Source: an uncultured archaeon (GTDB taxonomy: Archaea > Iainarchaeota > Iainarchaeia > Iainarchaeales > Iainarchaeaceae). Taken from it: a stretch of DNA of 32,000 nucleotides. Both the position numbers and the translations under genes were made by a program. The notes beneath the pieces are model-generated. The model made no database searches, was not told where the DNA came from, and saw only the letters and a program-made list of their open reading frames with translations. The stretch spans positions 2,979 through 34,978 of the forward strand of contig CAZNZM010000006.1 of the NCBI GenBank assembly GCA_964577555.1. Direction: 5' to 3'. Below, piece by piece: positions 26,773 through 32,000 of the stretch (the stretch's first letter is position 1; every line of letters starts with the position of its first letter).

Positions 26773-27516
26773 ATGAAAGCGATTATACTTGCCGCAGGAT
26801 ATGCTACAAGGCTTTGGCCCCTCACAAAAAACACGCCAAAACCATTGCTTGACATAAAAGGCAAGCCTATAATAGAATACATAATAAATCACATTCTTGA
26901 AATTCCGGAAATAAATGAAATAATTGTAGTAACAAACGAAAAATTTTCCCTTACATTTGAACAGTGGGCCGATGGCTTCAAATGTAAAATACCAATAACC
27001 ATAATCAACGACATGACTACTTCAAATGACGACCGCTTAGGCGCTGTAGGAGACATGCACTACGCCATCAAAGAAAAAAAAATTGACGAAGAAATACTTG
27101 TCATAGCAGGAGACAATCTTTTTGAATACAAACTCTCAGGCTTTTACAATTATTACAAAAAAATAAAATTTTCCGCAGTGGCTTGCAGAGACATGGGTTC
27201 AAAAGAAGAAGTAGCCGGAAAATTTGGAATAGTTGAAATAGACCAAAAAGGCAAAATAACAAATTTTGAAGAAAAACCACAAAACCCAAAAACGACACTG
27301 GCTTCAACAGCATGCTACATTTTCACCAAAGAAGACGTAAAAGAGATACAATCGTTCATTGAAGCCGGAAACCCGCCAGACAATTCAGGGGACTTCATAA
27401 AATGGCTGTCGCGCCACAAACCAGTATACGCTTGGATATTCAAAGAAAAATGGTATGACATAGGAACATTCGAAAGCCTTGGAAAGGCAAGAATTGAGTT
27501 TTTGCAAAACAGATAG
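26773..27516 (+). CDS. NDP-sugar nucleotidyltransferase (RmlA/GlmU-like)
   Basis: MKAIILAAGYATRLWPLTKNTPKPLLDIKGKPIIEYIINHI. Confidence 0.93.
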   Translation: MKAIILAAGYATRLWPLTKNTPKPLLDIKGKPIIEYIINHILEIPEINEIIVVTNEKFSLTFEQWADGFKCKIPITIINDMTTSNDDRLGAVGDMHYAIKEKKIDEEILVIAGDNLFEYKLSGFYNYYKKIKFSAVACRDMGSKEEVAGKFGIVEIDQKGKITNFEEKPQNPKTTLASTACYIFTKEDVKEIQSFIEAGNPPDNSGDFIKWLSRHKPVYAWIFKEKWYDIGTFESLGKARIEFLQNR

Positions 27517-27528
27517 AGAGTTGGTGGC

Positions 27529-28227
27529 TTGAAAAGCATCTCGATAATTATTCCAGCATACAACGAAGAAAAGAGGATAAGTTCCACATTGAATAGTTAT
27601 CTGGAATTTTTGTCGCCAAAAAAAATCAAATATGAAATAATTGTTGTAGCAAACAATTGCTCTGACAAAACAGTTGAAATTGCTAAAAAATTTCAAAAGA
27701 AAAACAAAAACGTGAAAGTAATGGATTTGCCATATTATACTGGCAAAGGTGGCGCGGTTATTGAAGGCTTTAAAAAAGCCAAAAACGAAATAATATGCTT
27801 TGCCGATGCCGACAATTCGACAAAACCAAGCCAAATATTAATGCTTGCAACAATGATTGGAAAATATGACGCGGTCATAGGTTCAAGAGCCATGCCGGAC
27901 TCAAAAATAATTAATCCACAACCAATGTTCAGGGTTTTTCTTGGCAAATGCTTCAGCATACTTACTAACACTTTGTTTGGTTTTGGCATAATAGACACGC
28001 AATGCGGAGCAAAAGCATTTTCAAAAAAAGCAGTTAATCTCATATTGCAACACAAAATTTCAAAAGGCTTTGAGTTTGACGTTCAAATTCTTTGGATTAT
28101 GAAAAAAGCAGGTCTTCAAATGATTGAAAAAGGAATCGAATGGGAAAATAATCCAGATTCCAAAGTGGGATTTTTAGACCCATTAAAGATGTTTTTCAGC
28201 ATTATAAAACTCAGATTAGGCTTGTGA
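27529..28227 (+). CDS. GT2 family glycosyltransferase (dolichyl-phosphate glucosyltransferase-like)
   Basis: SIIIPAYNEEKRISSTLNSYLEFL..., ICFADADNSTKPSQ, FGFGIIDTQCGAKAFSKKA; TTG start. Confidence 0.92.
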   Translation: MKSISIIIPAYNEEKRISSTLNSYLEFLSPKKIKYEIIVVANNCSDKTVEIAKKFQKKNKNVKVMDLPYYTGKGGAVIEGFKKAKNEIICFADADNSTKPSQILMLATMIGKYDAVIGSRAMPDSKIINPQPMFRVFLGKCFSILTNTLFGFGIIDTQCGAKAFSKKAVNLILQHKISKGFEFDVQILWIMKKAGLQMIEKGIEWENNPDSKVGFLDPLKMFFSIIKLRLGL

Positions 28228-28263
28228 TTCCAATTAAAAATTCTATTTTTCCTTATTGATTAA

Positions 28264-28920
28264 ATGCAAAAAAAACAAGTTGATATAGATTACTCGTATT
28301 TTGACGCAGATTTTCATGACGACATGCTTAAATCAAAAAACCCTGTCAGAAAATGGTTTCACACCAATAAAAACAAAATTCTTTCAGAAACCGTAATGAA
28401 ATATTACAAAAACGGAGATAAAATAGTTGATTTGGGTTGTGGCACAGTAAATTGGAATTTGCATAAACTCCCTGTTTATGGTGTTGACTTGAATTTGAAA
28501 ATGCTTCAAAAAGCAAAAAAAGCAGGAAAGCTTTATGCATATTCTTGTTCTCCTGTGGAAAAGACAATTTTTGACGACAATTCAGTAAATATTGTTGTTA
28601 TTTCTGAAGTGCTTGAACACTTGGAAAATTATCGAGAAGCCATAAAAGAAATAAAAAGGATACTTGTAAAAGGCGGTGTTTGCATTTCAACCGTGCCTTA
28701 CGACACTTTTTTTAGCATGTGGAAACCGCTATTTGCATTACAATGCTTTGTCCATGGAACCATGCTTGGCAACGAATATTTCAAAAACGAAGCAGGGCAT
28801 ATAAACCATTTTTCACCCAAATCAATAGCTAACGTTTTTCAATCCGAAGGTTTTGAAATAATTTCGCAATTTGACATGTCAAGATTCACAATTTTCACTG
28901 TTGCGAGGAAGATAACTTGA
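28264..28920 (+). CDS. Class I SAM-dependent methyltransferase
   Basis: KIVDLGCGTVNWNLHKLPVYGVDLNLKMLQKAK ... VVISEVLEHLENYREAIKEIKRILVKGGVCISTVP. Confidence 0.92.
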   Translation: MQKKQVDIDYSYFDADFHDDMLKSKNPVRKWFHTNKNKILSETVMKYYKNGDKIVDLGCGTVNWNLHKLPVYGVDLNLKMLQKAKKAGKLYAYSCSPVEKTIFDDNSVNIVVISEVLEHLENYREAIKEIKRILVKGGVCISTVPYDTFFSMWKPLFALQCFVHGTMLGNEYFKNEAGHINHFSPKSIANVFQSEGFEIISQFDMSRFTIFTVARKIT

Positions 28921-30521
28921 ACAACTTTATAGAAAAACTATTTTTTGGCTTCATTATATGGTGTTCTCTTATAATTTGCATAAGTCTTTTTATTGGTCAA
29001 TTCTCTTTAATGCCAATCATAGTAATCCCGATTTCTGGAATTATTTCTTATTTTTTACTAAAAAAATTCCCAATACACGTAAAATTCTCCTTTCTTGCTC
29101 TGTTTTTTTCTTTCATAATGTTTTTACTAGTAGCCTATCCATTAATTTTTATTCATCCTTATTTTCCAGCAAGTTCTGATGTACTTCACGTAACAAACAC
29201 CAGAATATTAAACGACAAAATTCCATTTACATACGCACCATATTCAGACATAAGATTCACATACCAAATAGGCTTTGCACTTTTATCAAATGCATTCGCC
29301 GAAGTGCTTGGCTTTATTCCAGATTATTTGATAATATGGTTTTTAGGAGTCTTGTTTTCTGCTTCAATAATATTATTGGTTTATGTTTATGTAAAAGAAA
29401 TCAGCAACAACGAACAAGTGGCTTTGCTTTCAGTTGTGCTTGTCTTTGGCTCTAAATTCGTTTTTCAGAATTTTTATTACGGGGTTTTTCCATTTGTAAC
29501 GAGTTTTGCCATGATGTTTGCAACACTGCTTTTTTTCGAGAAAAAAAATCCTTTAACTTTTCTTTTTTTTCCAACAACCTTGATTTTGCACCCTTTTACC
29601 GGAACAATATTAACATTTTTTTTAGTTCTAAAATTTTTCTTTTTTCCAGACAGAAAATTCAGTTTTTTTGCATTATTATCCGGCTTGGTAGCTTTTCCAG
29701 CATTTTTAAGAACTTATGCTGTTGTTTTTTCAAATGCACCAAGTCAATTGTTGCATTTCAACATTAACGAATCTATGAGAGTTGTTTCCACCTTGCCATT
29801 TTGGTTAGGCCCAATCCCTCTTTTGTTCTTTATTTTATCAGCAATATTTGCAATTAAAAAAAATTGGAAAAACCTGCTATTTGTTTATTCGATTATGCTT
29901 TTTATTGGCTTTATTTTATTTTCAGGATTAAGTTTGCAACACAATGACAAATTTTTTATACTTTTCAGCATATTTGCAGTGCTTTACTCCGGCTTTTTCT
30001 TTTCAACTTCCGAGTGGAACAATTTTTACAACTCCAGCCTTAAAAAAATTCCTTTTTTGGCAATTATTTTTTTGATTTTTGCAATTTCTCTCGCAACGTT
30101 TTTTCTTTCTGGAGATTTGGCTAATGCAAGGTCTGGTTCAAAAGCCACTATATCAGAATTCCAGTTTGCCAAAAAGTTTTACGAATTTGACCCACAACTT
30201 TCAACCGCTGTCATAGTCTCCAAAGGCGCAGGATGGATTGCCGCTATTTCAAATAAAATACCTTATGACGCCCGTTCAAATCATTTTATACCAGATTCAG
30301 AAATACAAGTAGCTCAAAATGATGCTTGGAACGAAGTAATAAAAAGAAATTCAATACAGAAAAAAATACAAGAAGGTTGCATAAAATGCATTGCAGAAAC
30401 AAACGCAAAATATCTTGTTGTCAATCGCTCCCAATACGATTTAGCTTTGCCTTACAAACCGATTTTTGAATACAACGAATTTTCGGTTTTTTTAATTTCT
30501 GATTTAACAAGCCAAACGTGA
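28917..30521 (+). CDS. Polytopic membrane protein, possible GT-C-like glycosyltransferase
   Basis: 534 aa with many TM helices; start overlaps upstream stop; context is a glycosyltransferase cluster. Confidence 0.8.
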   Translation: MNNFIEKLFFGFIIWCSLIICISLFIGQFSLMPIIVIPISGIISYFLLKKFPIHVKFSFLALFFSFIMFLLVAYPLIFIHPYFPASSDVLHVTNTRILNDKIPFTYAPYSDIRFTYQIGFALLSNAFAEVLGFIPDYLIIWFLGVLFSASIILLVYVYVKEISNNEQVALLSVVLVFGSKFVFQNFYYGVFPFVTSFAMMFATLLFFEKKNPLTFLFFPTTLILHPFTGTILTFFLVLKFFFFPDRKFSFFALLSGLVAFPAFLRTYAVVFSNAPSQLLHFNINESMRVVSTLPFWLGPIPLLFFILSAIFAIKKNWKNLLFVYSIMLFIGFILFSGLSLQHNDKFFILFSIFAVLYSGFFFSTSEWNNFYNSSLKKIPFLAIIFLIFAISLATFFLSGDLANARSGSKATISEFQFAKKFYEFDPQLSTAVIVSKGAGWIAAISNKIPYDARSNHFIPDSEIQVAQNDAWNEVIKRNSIQKKIQEGCIKCIAETNAKYLVVNRSQYDLALPYKPIFEYNEFSVFLISDLTSQT

Positions 30522-30688
30522 ATCAAGCATATGCCAAAAATTCAATTCAAATAATTGGTGGTTGACAATATAATATAAACATTCAAAAAAATTTTGCAAA
30601 TGCTCTTTTTGATAACCAAACCAAAACAATGTTTTTTTGTTTGCCTTTTATGGTAATATTTTTATTATGATAAAATGGTGTTATTAAC

Positions 30689-31630
30689 ATGAAATTGGTA
30701 GTAACAATACCAGCGTATAATGAAGAAAAGACAATTGCCGCAGTAATAAGCGAAATACCAAAAAAAATCAAAGGGATTGATTCAGTAGACATAATAGTAG
30801 TTGATGATGGCTCTGAAGACAATACCAGTGCTGTTGCAATAAAGGCTGGTGCAAAAGTAATAAGGAATGCGCACAACTGTGGTCTTGCATATACTTTTTC
30901 AAAAGGATTAAGATATGCGCTTGAATTGGGAGCCGACATAATAGTCAATACTGATGCTGATATGCAATATAATCAAAAACAAATTCCTTGTTTGGTACAA
31001 CCAATACTTGACGGAAAAGCCGACATAGTTTTGGGTTCAAGGTTCAAAGGCACAATAGAGTACATGCCGATTCAAAAATATTTGGGCAATAAAATAGTTT
31101 CAAAATTAATGAGTTTTTTGACAGGAGAAAATATAACCGATTCACAAACAGGGTTCAGGGCTTTTTCAAAAGAAGCCGCACTCAGAATAAATGTCTTTTC
31201 AAACTTTACTTACACCCAGGAAACAATACTTGAAGCCGTAGAAAAAAAATTGGCTATTGTGGAAGTCCCGGTTGATTTTAGAAAAAGAAACGGCAAATCA
31301 AGGCTTATATCAAACATATTCGACTATGCGTATCGTGCAGGCTCAACAATATTAACAACTTATTTGAATTATAAACCATTGAAAATATTCTTTTTTATAG
31401 GCGGATTCCTTATTTTTATAGGCTTGATTTTCGGAACAAGAATTTTAGTTCATTTCATTTCAACAGGTATGGTGGCTCCATACGTGCCAAGCGCAATTTT
31501 ATCGGCTCTCTTCCTAATAATAGGATTCCAAATAATGATAATAGGCATGATTGCCGAACTGATTAAAAGAAACAGGTTGGTCCAAGAAGAATTGCTCTAT
31601 GAACAAAGAAAAGAAAGACTTGACAAATAA
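30689..31630 (+). CDS. GT2 family glycosyltransferase (dolichol-phosphate mannosyltransferase-like) with C-terminal TM helices
   Basis: VVTIPAYNEEKTIAAVISEIPKKI, VDIIVVDDGSEDNTSAVA, IIVNTDADMQYNQKQIPCLVQPI, DSQTGFRAFSKEA. Confidence 0.93.
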   Translation: MKLVVTIPAYNEEKTIAAVISEIPKKIKGIDSVDIIVVDDGSEDNTSAVAIKAGAKVIRNAHNCGLAYTFSKGLRYALELGADIIVNTDADMQYNQKQIPCLVQPILDGKADIVLGSRFKGTIEYMPIQKYLGNKIVSKLMSFLTGENITDSQTGFRAFSKEAALRINVFSNFTYTQETILEAVEKKLAIVEVPVDFRKRNGKSRLISNIFDYAYRAGSTILTTYLNYKPLKIFFFIGGFLIFIGLIFGTRILVHFISTGMVAPYVPSAILSALFLIIGFQIMIIGMIAELIKRNRLVQEELLYEQRKERLDK

Positions 31631-31639
31631 GTGTGCACC

Positions 31640-32000
31640 ATGAAAATACAAAATTGGCTTTTAATTATTTTAAGCATTGCCTTGCTTTTAATAATATTTT
31701 CAAATATCAACATCAAAAAAGTTTTTGCTGTTATTTCAAACATAGATTACAATTTGTATTTTTTGTATTTAGCAATTCTTTGTCTAATGATAATGGTAAA
31801 AGCCTTTAAATGGAAACTAATTTTGAATTCAATGGGCGCTGATATAAAGCTATTAGATTCATTCAGGGCAATTCTTGCAGGACTTTTTTTCAGCAACGTC
31901 ACGCCAGGCAAAATAGGCGATTTTTTCAGGGCAATGTATGTTAATGAAGGCAAGACAAATTCTCTAGGTTTGGCTTCGGTTTTTTTGGACAGGCTTTTTG
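31640..32000 (+). CDS. LPG_synthase_TM / UPF0104-like membrane protein (partial, runs off the window)
   Basis: My translation from ATG 31640: MKIQNWLLIILSIALLLIIFSNINIKKVFAVISNIDYN...FFSNVTPGKIGDFFRAMYVNEGKTNSLGLASVFLDRLF; open to the window edge. Confidence 0.8.
   Translation, partial: MKIQNWLLIILSIALLLIIFSNINIKKVFAVISNIDYNLYFLYLAILCLMIMVKAFKWKLILNSMGADIKLLDSFRAILAGLFFSNVTPGKIGDFFRAMYVNEGKTNSLGLASVFLDRLF

Noticed and set aside
30583-30948. 121-aa minus ORF overlapping the GT2 gene start
   Set aside because: Antisense to clear GT2 motifs of 30689-31630; no independent support.

Overview
The window looks like an AT-rich archaeal chromosome segment, probably DPANN-like (lineage inferred from gene style, not proven). 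It contains: (i) a four-gene pilin/pseudopilin-like cluster (about 680-3220, +) and a separate secretion/pilus motor operon (15404-18422, -: TadA/VirB11-like ATPase plus two T2SSF membrane proteins); (ii) a giant 1507-aa membrane-anchored secreted protein (7108-11631), a cysteine-pair repeat protein (12607-13488), a Lys/Glu-rich membrane protein and a zinc-ribbon protein; (iii) housekeeping genes (PAC2 family, MscS-like TM-helix protein, DUF192, DinB/Dpo4 polymerase, geranylgeranyl reductase family); (iv) a surface-glycan gene block (24523-32000: two NDP-sugar nucleotidyltransferases, UGD/AglM-like dehydrogenase, two GT2 glycosyltransferases, methyltransferase, GT-C-like membrane protein, LPG_synthase_TM/AglD-like protein). 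The strongest non-coding signals are an unannotated tRNA-Gln(CUG) whose D-loop is interrupted by a 55-nt intron with a textbook bulge-helix-bulge, and a family of T-rich, strand-asymmetric intergenic arrays sharing the words GAGCCAT(T)n and TTTAGACAATTTTTGTTTT in most long intergenic gaps. No CRISPR array, rRNA, transposase or recognisable defence system was found. All assignments are by eye; no database search was run.
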